This document shows positions 40,253 to 49,177 of a DNA stretch of 64,000 nt, piece by piece. Numbering within the stretch: the stretch's first letter is position 1; each line of letters opens with the position of its first letter. The DNA comes from a virus, in IMG/VR virus record IMGVR_UViG_3300025703_000001, positions 22,324 through 86,323 of that record. One strand, given 5' to 3'. A program made the position numbers and the translations under genes. The notes under the pieces are model-generated. The model had not been told where the DNA came from, made no database searches, and was given only the letters and a program-made list of their open reading frames with translations.

Positions 40253-40926
40253 GCACCTACTGCTTCACCATCAGAGTAGATGGCCGTCGTCAGCACATTG
40301 AAGAGACAATGGCATCCGTTGAACGCTTCATTCGTGACAACGTCAAGTTTGATGCTGGTTACATCATTGACGACAGCGGTGACCCCGAGTTCCAGTCCTG
40401 GCTCCGCGAGACATTCCCATGGTTGACGCTCGTGGCACACCCCGAACGCAGCGGTCTCGGCGGGTGTTTCCAGTCGATGCTGGAAACGTTCGTCGCCAGT
40501 GGTTGCGATTACGTGTTTGCGGTTGAGGACGACACGCCCCTGATCGGTGAGATTGACCTGGCAGACATGGCCGCAGTGTTGCAGTCGAGATCCAACCTGG
40601 CACAGCTCATGCTGATGCGGCCGCCGTTCAACACTGAAGAGATCGCAGCTGGTGGCGTGTACGCCATGTCGCCGGATGACTATATCGAACGCACGGACGA
40701 CGTTCATACGTGGGTAGAGCATGAGCGCCACTTTGGCTTCCAGCCATTTCTGGCTACCCGCGATGTCGCACAGTACGTTCTCGACAGCGCCACAAACTTC
40801 CTAGAGCTAGGCGTCACCGAGCCACTTAAGGCCGCAGCGTTTACGTTCGGCTACTGGGGTGGTCTGAACGATCCGCCGCTGTGCTCACACGCTGGACTGG
40901 TCCGTAGCAGCGGGTATCGCTGGTGA
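40249..40926 (+). CDS. GT2-like glycosyltransferase
   Basis: IIDDSGD, DYVF.VEDD. Confidence 0.75.
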   Translation: MSTYCFTIRVDGRRQHIEETMASVERFIRDNVKFDAGYIIDDSGDPEFQSWLRETFPWLTLVAHPERSGLGGCFQSMLETFVASGCDYVFAVEDDTPLIGEIDLADMAAVLQSRSNLAQLMLMRPPFNTEEIAAGGVYAMSPDDYIERTDDVHTWVEHERHFGFQPFLATRDVAQYVLDSATNFLELGVTEPLKAAAFTFGYWGGLNDPPLCSHAGLVRSSGYRW

Positions 40927-41504
40927 CGGTATCCATTATCGGTGCGGGCAACCATTCGATTGACATCCAAGAGATTTGGCATCGTGCACGTGGCGATAAA
41001 ACGCTCACCGTCTATGATGACGACTCGCCGGAATATCCCAAGCCGCCAAAAGATCTCACTGGACGAATTCTCATCGGCGTTAACGACCCGCACCTCCGGC
41101 GTAAGATCGCCAACAAATGGAGTCATTTAAAGGCCGCAGCGCCACTGATTGACCCATCCGCTGTCCTTGGCGGCGATATTGCTATTGACCGTGGGTCTGT
41201 GGTAGCACCATTGGCCTCCCTGCTTGCGTCTGTGGCATTAGAATCTCATGTTCACATCAACACCCTAGTTAGTATTACGAGGGCTGAGATCGGCGCCTAC
41301 AGCACGGTGTCTCCTGGAGCCACGATCTGTGGGAACGTAACGATCGGCACCGAGTGCTACATCGGGGCGAACGCAACGATCTGTGAGCGGGTCCGCATTG
41401 CCAATAACGTCATTATCGGCGCGGGTGCTGTAGTGACTCCATACTCGGTTGTGCCGGAAGGTACGGTCGTGAAGGGCGTCTGGGGTCACAGTGGACCGCG
41501 CTGA
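40923..41504 (+). CDS. Hexapeptide-repeat sugar acetyltransferase (NeuD/PglD-like)
   Basis: IIGAGNH; IG...IGA hexapeptide repeats. Confidence 0.88.
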   Translation: MTVSIIGAGNHSIDIQEIWHRARGDKTLTVYDDDSPEYPKPPKDLTGRILIGVNDPHLRRKIANKWSHLKAAAPLIDPSAVLGGDIAIDRGSVVAPLASLLASVALESHVHINTLVSITRAEIGAYSTVSPGATICGNVTIGTECYIGANATICERVRIANNVIIGAGAVVTPYSVVPEGTVVKGVWGHSGPR

Positions 41505-42165
41505 GTACATCACCACCGGCGCAAACTCCGTCGCTGGTTGGTTTCAGCCGAGAGACAGGGTTCTCTTTGACGTTATCGACGCCAAACAGCGTGAACTCGG
41601 CATAACCGGCGACCTGCTAGAGATCGGCTGCTATCAAGGTTGTAGCGCCATCCTGCTCGGCTACATGCGCCAGCCGAATGAGCGTCTGATCATCTGCGAC
41701 ATTTTTGACGGCATGACTGAGTCCGACGAGGACTTGGCTGAACGGGCGCGGTACTACACACCAAACTTTGGTCGTCAAATGTTTGAAGACAACTGGCGCC
41801 GCTTTCATGCTGAACTGCCCGAAATCGTTCACGGTCCGTCCTGGACTTTGAATGCTTGCGGTCTGGAGCGTACGTTTCGGTACATCCACATCGATGGGTC
41901 GCATAATTATGATCAGGTTCGTGGCGATCTAAACATCGCTAAGAATCTTCTGATGCCTGGTGGCGTCGTGGTCTTTGATGACCTGTTGTCGCCACACACG
42001 CCAGGCGTTACTGCGGCGGTCTGGGAAGCTGTGGCCAATGATGGTCTGATCCCACAGATTCAAACTGTGAAGATGTACGGCACGTGGGAAAACCCAATTG
42101 ACATCCCGACACCTGGTGCCACTGGGCACATGGTGCGTGGTCACAGAATGGTCAACGTCGAGTAA
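41491..42165 (+). CDS. Class I SAM methyltransferase (Methyltransf_24-like)
   Basis: LEIG.Y.G.S, HIDGSH.Y, GG.VVFDD. Confidence 0.88.
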   Translation: MDRAEYITTGANSVAGWFQPRDRVLFDVIDAKQRELGITGDLLEIGCYQGCSAILLGYMRQPNERLIICDIFDGMTESDEDLAERARYYTPNFGRQMFEDNWRRFHAELPEIVHGPSWTLNACGLERTFRYIHIDGSHNYDQVRGDLNIAKNLLMPGGVVVFDDLLSPHTPGVTAAVWEAVANDGLIPQIQTVKMYGTWENPIDIPTPGATGHMVRGHRMVNVE

Positions 42166-42833
42166 TGCGACAGGTCAGCCGTGATGGTATTCGATGGCAA
42201 GTCAGCGAACCGGCCAAAAACTCTGAGTGGTCATTCTGGAACGAGTTTGAAGCTGCCATCTGGGAGCAAGAAACGTTGGATGTTGTTGACCGTTTTGTCA
42301 CTGACGGCAGTACATTTATCGACGTTGGGTGCTGGGCCGCACCGATCGCCATGTGGGCAGCATCCCGACATGACTGCAACGTCATCGCCATTGAACCCGA
42401 TCCCGTTGCGTTAGATTATGCGAACCTCAACGTACTCGCCAACGGCATGTACGACCGCATAACCATCGTGGACGGTGCAATCGCTGGTCATACCGGTACG
42501 ACGCACATTGCGCCACATGAGTTCGGTTGGGGCAGCACGATGACCCAGCTGGCGGCGGAGGGTCGAGAGATCACCTGCTGGAAGTTGCCAGACCTGTTGC
42601 ACGGCATGGGCGTTGACCTAGACACGATCAGTCTAGTCAAGGTTGACGTGGAGGGCGCGGAAGCGTTGTTCTTAGAAGAACTCGCACCGTTCCTGGCGTC
42701 TCACGAGATCCCGCTATTCGTCAGCATGCACGAACCGTGGTGGCCGCAGCCGGTGTTGCGCGAGTGGTTGGATTGTTATTCGGAAGTGCAGGGTAACTTT
42801 GGATGGTTCAATTCCTTAACCTGCTTGCCGTAG
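42165..42833 (+). CDS. FkbM-family methyltransferase
   Basis: FIDVG, AIEPDP, KVDVEGAE. Confidence 0.9.
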   Translation: MRQVSRDGIRWQVSEPAKNSEWSFWNEFEAAIWEQETLDVVDRFVTDGSTFIDVGCWAAPIAMWAASRHDCNVIAIEPDPVALDYANLNVLANGMYDRITIVDGAIAGHTGTTHIAPHEFGWGSTMTQLAAEGREITCWKLPDLLHGMGVDLDTISLVKVDVEGAEALFLEELAPFLASHEIPLFVSMHEPWWPQPVLREWLDCYSEVQGNFGWFNSLTCLP

Positions 42834-42931
42834 TTCATTCCCATTCCATTGCCACTGACAGGAAAACCTAATCCAATTCCTGTCTTATCAATGAGAGTCT
42901 GGTCCAAATGTTCCATCAACCAAAGCATACC

Positions 42932-43378
42932 ATGAGCACAGAGGCGCGCCAAGAAGCCATGTTCGGAGCTTTCGATGGCATCGTGTCCATCATCGGCTTT
43001 ATCTTCGGACTGCTGGTGCATAAGTCACCAGAGTCGGCAATCGCAATCGGCGGTCTTGGCGGCGCTGTCGCTGCTGGCGTGTCGATGGGCTTTGGTGAAT
43101 ACGAAAAACACGATGGCAACTGGCGTTCCAGCCTGCCCGTGGCGTTGGTCATGTTCGCAGCGTCACTCGGCGGCAGCCTGATTGCGGTCTGGCCGTTCTT
43201 CGTGTTCGGTACAACCGTGGCGTTGATCGTATCGCTAATCGGATGTCTGGCCGTGGCAACCTGGATCGGCTGGCAGAAGCGTAAGGGCTGGCGAGGTTAT
43301 GCCACCGCGTTCGCCACGTTCCTGACCGCTGCTGGCATTACGTTGCTCGTGGTCTCACTGATTCCGGCGTCGGCATGA
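42932..43378 (+). CDS. VIT1/CCC1-family membrane transporter (minimal)
   Basis: FG..DGIVS..G, AG.SMG.GEY; about five hydrophobic segments. Confidence 0.78.
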   Translation: MSTEARQEAMFGAFDGIVSIIGFIFGLLVHKSPESAIAIGGLGGAVAAGVSMGFGEYEKHDGNWRSSLPVALVMFAASLGGSLIAVWPFFVFGTTVALIVSLIGCLAVATWIGWQKRKGWRGYATAFATFLTAAGITLLVVSLIPASA

Positions 43379-43818
43379 GCGGCGCGAGCGTCGAGGGACA
43401 CACGCAAACGCGCACGCTGACCGAATCGGTTTGGTACCCAGCACACGATCCGCGCAAAGCGTCTGCTGAGTACAAGCGTGTTCATCATCACCTCGTTTAC
43501 GAGCTGGATGAGGCGTGCTGGATTTGCGGTGTGCGTCAATCGGGTTTACCCGAAGGCGAGCACATGGAGACCCATCACTGGCGCATTGAGTGGGCGCTCG
43601 TCAATAGGATTGATCCGGCGAAAATCCTGGCCGACTTTCCTGTGATGAAAGAGGCCACAGACCCTGCGTTACGAGAATTTCTCGACAGTGAGGGCAACAT
43701 GCTCGTGCTGTGTTCTGACCATCATAGACATGGACTCATCGGCATCCACTCAATTACTTATCCTGCTTGGGTCGCGCAGAGGTGGCTGAAGAACGGACAC
43801 GACATATCGGAGCAATAA
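43375..43818 (+). CDS. HNH-like His/Cys protein
   Basis: CWICG...ETHH...E...N..VLC..HH...H. Confidence 0.55.
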   Translation: MSGASVEGHTQTRTLTESVWYPAHDPRKASAEYKRVHHHLVYELDEACWICGVRQSGLPEGEHMETHHWRIEWALVNRIDPAKILADFPVMKEATDPALREFLDSEGNMLVLCSDHHRHGLIGIHSITYPAWVAQRWLKNGHDISEQ

Positions 43819-44594
43819 TGCCAACGGCGTACTGGTGGAGAGGTGGCGGCGTACTCGGATACGTCCCCAACCTTGGCGATCTCCTAACGCCCCTACTGCT
43901 TCAGCGTTTCGCAGGACTTGACGTTACGTGGTCATCCGCCGCAGATGCTGACATAGTGTGCTGTGGCTCGGTGCTGGACGCGCTGCCACGTTCTGGCTGG
44001 ACCGGCATCATCGCCGGATCAGGCCAGCTACAAGAGTCCACGATCACAGACTTGACCGACGCAACCGTTCTCGGTGTGCGCGGCCCGCTGACGCTCAACC
44101 GCATCAAGTCAACCGGTACGCCGGTTATTGGCGACCCCGGACTATTGGCTCCGATGCTCCATCCGTCGTGCAATCAAAAGCATGAGGTTGGCATCGTCGC
44201 TCACTGGTCAGACTTTCTCTTGGCTCCGAAGGAGCTAGCGAAAGCGGAGAAGTACGGCTACCGGGCCACGGTCATCGACATTGGCGGCGATCCCCGCGAG
44301 GTCATCAACGCCATCGGCTCGTGCCGCAAGATCGTGTCGTCGGCGTTGCACGGGATAATCGTCGCAGACGCGTTCGGTATTCCACGACGTGCGGAAGTTT
44401 TTCCCGCCATGCGGTCGAATCCGAACGAAGGCGCGTTCTTTAAATGGGACGACTGGGCTAGCTCCATCGGTCAGCCCATCACGTTCGGCAAACTGCAAGC
44501 CGCACCGACCGATCGTATCAAGTCTATGCAGCACGATCTTCTCGCCATGTTTCAACAAGTGAAAGAACACTATGCCCCTGCGCAGTCGCGGTAA
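43818..44594 (+). CDS. Polysaccharide pyruvyl transferase family
   Basis: NLGD.L.P, VRGPLT, GDPGLL, SSALHG.I.ADA.GIP. Confidence 0.88.
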   Translation: MPTAYWWRGGGVLGYVPNLGDLLTPLLLQRFAGLDVTWSSAADADIVCCGSVLDALPRSGWTGIIAGSGQLQESTITDLTDATVLGVRGPLTLNRIKSTGTPVIGDPGLLAPMLHPSCNQKHEVGIVAHWSDFLLAPKELAKAEKYGYRATVIDIGGDPREVINAIGSCRKIVSSALHGIIVADAFGIPRRAEVFPAMRSNPNEGAFFKWDDWASSIGQPITFGKLQAAPTDRIKSMQHDLLAMFQQVKEHYAPAQSR

Positions 44595-45402
44595 GCACCG
44601 TCGTCGCGAACACCTTATTTCGCTCCTCGTTCCATTGGGTGGCGATGATCCTGCGCGCAGACGGAATTGGGAGTGGCTGAAGGCCCACTGGGAATGCGTG
44701 CTACCAGATGTCGAGATCGTGCTGGGTCGGGACCGGGGCAGCGAGCGTCGCTGGTGCCGCAAGCGTCGCCCGTTCTCCAAGGCTGCAGCGGTCAATAATG
44801 CGTTCAAGAAGTCGAAGGGCGACATTATCGTCATCCTCGACGCGGACGCTCTGCTGCCCGCTGAAACGATTGAGTTCTGTGCGGCCAGGTTGCGTCGGGA
44901 TCGTCATGCTGGCGTGCGTTCGTGGTTTGTCCCGTACGAGCATCTCTATAGATTGCGCCGTCCCACAACGGAGCGCTTGCTTGAATCCGATCCATGTCAT
45001 CCGTTGTGGATTCCATCGCCGCCACCGGCGTGGGATATCGACAGCAAGGACGGCTCTGGGCCTATCAACATCTATGGGGCGATGTGTCAGGTCATGCCGC
45101 GTGAGGCGTTTGAAGCCATCGGCGGCATGGACGAGCAGTTCGTCGGATGGGGCGGCGAAGACGTTTCCACTTTCTACGCCCTCTGCACGCTGTGGGGTCC
45201 GGTGCAGTACACCGATAATGACATCCTCCACCTGTGGCATCCGTCCGTTATCAGCAGCCAGGTTGGCGCTTCATGGCAAGTGAAGATGTGGAACGGACAG
45301 ACGCAGCCAGGCGTGAACAACGAGCTGGGCGGACGATACGCGCGGGCCAACGGCAACCCAGTTGCGATGCAAGCGCTGGTTGACGAGGGGCGGAAGCGAT
45401 GA
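44572..45402 (+). CDS. GT2/GT7-type glycosyltransferase
   Basis: F.KA..N, DAD, GG.DE.F.GWGGED, HLWH. Confidence 0.88.
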   Translation: MPLRSRGKHRRREHLISLLVPLGGDDPARRRNWEWLKAHWECVLPDVEIVLGRDRGSERRWCRKRRPFSKAAAVNNAFKKSKGDIIVILDADALLPAETIEFCAARLRRDRHAGVRSWFVPYEHLYRLRRPTTERLLESDPCHPLWIPSPPPAWDIDSKDGSGPINIYGAMCQVMPREAFEAIGGMDEQFVGWGGEDVSTFYALCTLWGPVQYTDNDILHLWHPSVISSQVGASWQVKMWNGQTQPGVNNELGGRYARANGNPVAMQALVDEGRKR

Positions 45403-45659
45403 CTGAGCAATCTGTTATTGACCGCATCAAGGCCGATGTTGCCGCAATCCGTGACGACCTATCTGCCGCCAACCTCGCTGGCGATCTGTCAAGGACGCGA
45501 GCGTTAGTCAACTCGGCGCTTCGCAAGGTCGAGGGCGTTATCGGCCACCTGGCGACCGTTGTGTCCGACGAGGTTGAGGCGGTTCTGCCGGACGTTGATG
45601 AGCGCGATGAGTCCGTTGAGGACGAGAAAGATGTCGTCACTCCGCTAGCAACTCAGTAA
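45399..45659 (+). CDS. Acidic helical hypothetical protein
   Basis: ATGA-coupled 86-aa ORF. Confidence 0.55.
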   Translation: MTEQSVIDRIKADVAAIRDDLSAANLAGDLSRTRALVNSALRKVEGVIGHLATVVSDEVEAVLPDVDERDESVEDEKDVVTPLATQ

Positions 45660-45694
45660 CGCAACACAAACACGTTCCAACAAAAAGGGGCAGC

Positions 45695-46903
45695 GTGGAA
45701 ATCGGCTTTTTTAGTACGGACTTTTCCACGGAACCCGTGGTTGATGAGTACCAGTCACAGATTCAGCAGAAGCAAGTATTCGTGCCTGGACAACAGCGCA
45801 TGTCGTTCGGGGGGACTTTCCTGCAACGTGGCGCAATGCCAGCGATGGAACTGAACAAGCACGGCTATGACAATCACTTGTCGTGGCGGTTTGAGGTTGC
45901 GCCGGATGGACATATTCGTACGCTTGACATGGAAGGCAACTGGCACGATCCAGACTGTTGGCTGAGTCAAAGGTGGATGCATCGCGATGGCGTCGAACAA
46001 GTGCGGCGCGCTCGTGCGGCGGGTCAAGTGGTCGGGGCGGATTTGGATGATGCCTTTCACGCTCTTCCGAAAAGTAACGTGGCGCACGCGACCACTGATC
46101 CAAAAAATAATATTGACTTTAACAGAGACCATTATTGGAACATGCTCGCTGAGTGTGATTTTGTAACCGTTTCAACTGAACCTCTCAAACGGGAGATGGA
46201 GAGACTGGGTGTTCCCGCTTTTGTGGTGCGGAACGCAATTCAGTTGGAGCGCTGGCCGCAGAACGATCCGGGTGTGGGCTACATTAGTTGGATCGGTGGT
46301 CTGCAATGGCGGGCTGCTGACATCCCAGTCCTTCGCAGCATTGGCTTGCCGCAGTTCCTTGAGGATTACGGATTGCCGTTTTATCACGGCGGCGACAGCC
46401 AAGTGCCGGGAGTGAAAAAGGTTTGGGACGTCGCTGGAATTGATGCAACAAAGGTTCAGGTTGCAGCTGCGCCGCTGACTCACATCGCGCAGTATCCAAA
46501 CCTATGGGGTCCAGTCGCAGTAATGCTTATCCCGTTAGAGCGGTGTCGTTTTAACGAAGCGAAGTCATACCTGAAGGCGCTGGAAGCCTGTTGTGCTGGA
46601 GTTCCCTACATCGTGTCCGCAGGTTTTCCTGAACACCAAATCTTGATTGATGAAGGAAGCGCCGGGCGCGTTGCTCGCAATGACAAGCCGTCTTCGTGGA
46701 TTGGTCACCTGGAAGAGTTGCTTGATCCTGATGTGCGACGCGCTGAAGGCAAGATTAATCGCACCATCGCAGAACGCCACGACATCACCGAGAGGTGGAT
46801 CGACTGGCATGAGGTATACTCTCAGTTTATGAGTGTGCCGGGCGCAGCAGGAACTGCCCCGGCACCGGCCGAAACCTTAGAGGAGGTTCCGACAGGTGGA
46901 TGA
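45695..46903 (+). CDS. GT-B (GT4-like) glycosyltransferase
   Basis: DLDD, VST..L, N, PL....FN.AKS.LK.LE..G.P. Confidence 0.82.
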   Translation: MEIGFFSTDFSTEPVVDEYQSQIQQKQVFVPGQQRMSFGGTFLQRGAMPAMELNKHGYDNHLSWRFEVAPDGHIRTLDMEGNWHDPDCWLSQRWMHRDGVEQVRRARAAGQVVGADLDDAFHALPKSNVAHATTDPKNNIDFNRDHYWNMLAECDFVTVSTEPLKREMERLGVPAFVVRNAIQLERWPQNDPGVGYISWIGGLQWRAADIPVLRSIGLPQFLEDYGLPFYHGGDSQVPGVKKVWDVAGIDATKVQVAAAPLTHIAQYPNLWGPVAVMLIPLERCRFNEAKSYLKALEACCAGVPYIVSAGFPEHQILIDEGSAGRVARNDKPSSWIGHLEELLDPDVRRAEGKINRTIAERHDITERWIDWHEVYSQFMSVPGAAGTAPAPAETLEEVPTGG

Positions 46904-47501
46904 TACCATCGAGTTGACAGAATTGCAATGCACAAAATGCAAGCAGACGCGTCCGATTGATCAGTTCAATCGCGACTCAAGCCGCAAGACTGGTTATCGT
47001 GCTTGGTGCAAGGTATGCCAGCATGAGTGGAAGACTGGCTATTACGAAGCCAATCAGGACAACCTGCGAGCGTACACGAAACAATGGGCGTTAGATAATC
47101 CAGAACGCAAGAGGGATGCTGACACACGGTATCGCGAGGAAAACCGCGACGCCATCAATGCATACTTTCGGGAGCGCTATCAAGAGTTCCGTCAGGAACT
47201 ACTTGATCAGCAGTGGGTTTACCATCTGCGGCGAGCGTACAAGCTCACGCCAGAACGATACCTAGAGATTCTGATATCTCAGGACTATGGTTGTGCGATT
47301 TGTGGGAAGCCACCGACACAACAGGGTCGTGGCAAACATCTCCACGTTGACCACGATCACGATTGTTGTGACGAGACACCGACGTGCGGCAAGTGCGTTC
47401 GTGGGTTGTTGTGCTTTCAGTGCAACGTTGGTCTCGGTAAGTTCGGTGATGAGGGAATGCTGCTTGTGGCTGCTGCATACTATTTGGAGTCGCACAAGTG
47501 A
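46896..47501 (+). CDS. Endonuclease VII-type nuclease
   Basis: CTKC...CKVC; CAICG...VDHDH.CC...C..CVRGLLC..CN..LG. Confidence 0.88.
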   Translation: MDDTIELTELQCTKCKQTRPIDQFNRDSSRKTGYRAWCKVCQHEWKTGYYEANQDNLRAYTKQWALDNPERKRDADTRYREENRDAINAYFRERYQEFRQELLDQQWVYHLRRAYKLTPERYLEILISQDYGCAICGKPPTQQGRGKHLHVDHDHDCCDETPTCGKCVRGLLCFQCNVGLGKFGDEGMLLVAAAYYLESHK

Positions 47502-48394
47502 CCATGTCTGACGAGGAAATCATGGAAGCCTTTGAGGCCGATATGAAGTTCCGAGCATTGCTCCCAAACACAATCGCAGTGAGGCGCAGGTATCTTCGCA
47601 AGTATTCGCGTGAGGTTGGCTTCGGAGCGGCTACTGAGCAGAAGGTCATTCAGTGGCTTGGTCGTGACATTACGCCGAAGACGCGCAGTATGTGGCTAAG
47701 CACGCTGAACTCGCTGTACACGTTTTGCGAAACGGGCGACAACGGCGACCCCGTTTTCCCTCGGCTTGAGACGAACGACGGCAAGCAGGGTGATCATTTC
47801 AACCCGGTGCGCGGCATCAAAAAGCCACGCATGCACGGAGGTCGTCCACGACCAATGTCCGACGACGACATTAACCTAGCAATCGCTAACGCTGATCCAG
47901 TCAAGAAGTGCTGGTTCCTGCTAGGCGCATATTGCGGGTGTCGCTGTCAAGAAATAGCGTTCATTGAGCGCGCGGACATTGACGAGGACAATGGCACGCT
48001 TCTGATTACACATGGCAAAGGTGATAAATCTCGCTATGTGCCATTGCACCCCGATGTGCTCGTCGCGCTCAATGAGCTGCCGATGCCAGCAAGCGGTCGG
48101 TTGTGGAACGAAACGGCAGCAAGCATTTCCAGAAAAGGAAACCGCTTTTTGCATAGTCTCGGGATCAAGTCCACAATGCACACTTTTCGACACTGGGCTG
48201 GCACACACTTTTACAGAGCGTCACGAGATTTGATCGCCACACAAAACCTCATGGGTCACAGTGATCCTAGCACGACGGCTGGGTATGCCGCAGCCGATAT
48301 GTCGAAGTCTTCGGCTATCGTTAACGCGCTCAACATTGACCCGGCGAAGTTTCGTGAAAGTGTTGCACGACTTGACGAGAAGCGCGCAGAGTGA
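47498..48394 (+). CDS. Tyrosine recombinase (XerC-like, no arm-binding domain)
   Basis: G.R..E, GKG.K.R, HTFRH, LMGH, Y catalytic set. Confidence 0.93.
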   Translation: MTMSDEEIMEAFEADMKFRALLPNTIAVRRRYLRKYSREVGFGAATEQKVIQWLGRDITPKTRSMWLSTLNSLYTFCETGDNGDPVFPRLETNDGKQGDHFNPVRGIKKPRMHGGRPRPMSDDDINLAIANADPVKKCWFLLGAYCGCRCQEIAFIERADIDEDNGTLLITHGKGDKSRYVPLHPDVLVALNELPMPASGRLWNETAASISRKGNRFLHSLGIKSTMHTFRHWAGTHFYRASRDLIATQNLMGHSDPSTTAGYAAADMSKSSAIVNALNIDPAKFRESVARLDEKRAE

Positions 48395-49155
48395 CAATCG
48401 GCGTCACGATTTGCTCATTCAACCGCCCCGAGTACGCAGAAAAATGCGTCAAGTCCGTCCGCAAGCACCTGACCGACGTAGTTGACCACATTGTATTCGT
48501 CAACGACGGATCAGACGAAAAGCATCGTGGCTCCTACCGTCGAGTCCAGAAAGCCGTCCAGTCAATGGATGGCACGTATATCGGTATGGATCACAACGGT
48601 GGCGTCGCCGCCGCCAAGAACATCGGACTCCAGTTCCTGCTTGACCGCGGCTGCGACTACCTGTTCACGCTGGAGGACGACATAATCATCCAGTCACCGA
48701 AGGCCGTGACGGAGTACGTTCGTATTGCCAAGACCGGCATTACCGGACTGAGTTTCGCTCACCACGGCGAGGCCAATTACGGCGGACCCGTCGATGCTGA
48801 CGGTGACGTGGAGTATTACTTCCACTCCATTGGCGCATGGTGCCTGTTCACTCGCCAACAACTGCTGAACGATGGCATGCTTGACGAAAATCTCCACAAC
48901 GCCTGGGAACACGTGGAGCAAACGCTCCGCATCGGTACTGAACCATACCGCTACCCCGACGTTGCTGGTTCTGCCGAATGGCTGAAAGAACTGCCGGGCA
49001 GCATTGAGAAATCGTCAATCCGGCCGCGTCCCGACTGGCAGCAGAACATTCGCGACGGTCTGCGTTATTGGTCCGAGAACAAGCCCGACACGTTCAAGTC
49101 GTTGTTTGGCGACAACTGCCCGCTGCAACAGTACGCCAATTCTATCCTTGGCTAG
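48391..49155 (+). CDS. GT2 glycosyltransferase
   Basis: FNRP, VNDGS, N.G.A.AKN, EDD, EH. Confidence 0.88.
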   Translation: MTIGVTICSFNRPEYAEKCVKSVRKHLTDVVDHIVFVNDGSDEKHRGSYRRVQKAVQSMDGTYIGMDHNGGVAAAKNIGLQFLLDRGCDYLFTLEDDIIIQSPKAVTEYVRIAKTGITGLSFAHHGEANYGGPVDADGDVEYYFHSIGAWCLFTRQQLLNDGMLDENLHNAWEHVEQTLRIGTEPYRYPDVAGSAEWLKELPGSIEKSSIRPRPDWQQNIRDGLRYWSENKPDTFKSLFGDNCPLQQYANSILG

Positions 49156-49177
49156 CACACCCGGAGGGGACTGACGT

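Noticed and set aside
35894-49155. Host O-antigen/capsule locus marking a prophage boundary
   Set aside because: Coupled to terminase and portal on the same strand, and lacks export/polymerase genes
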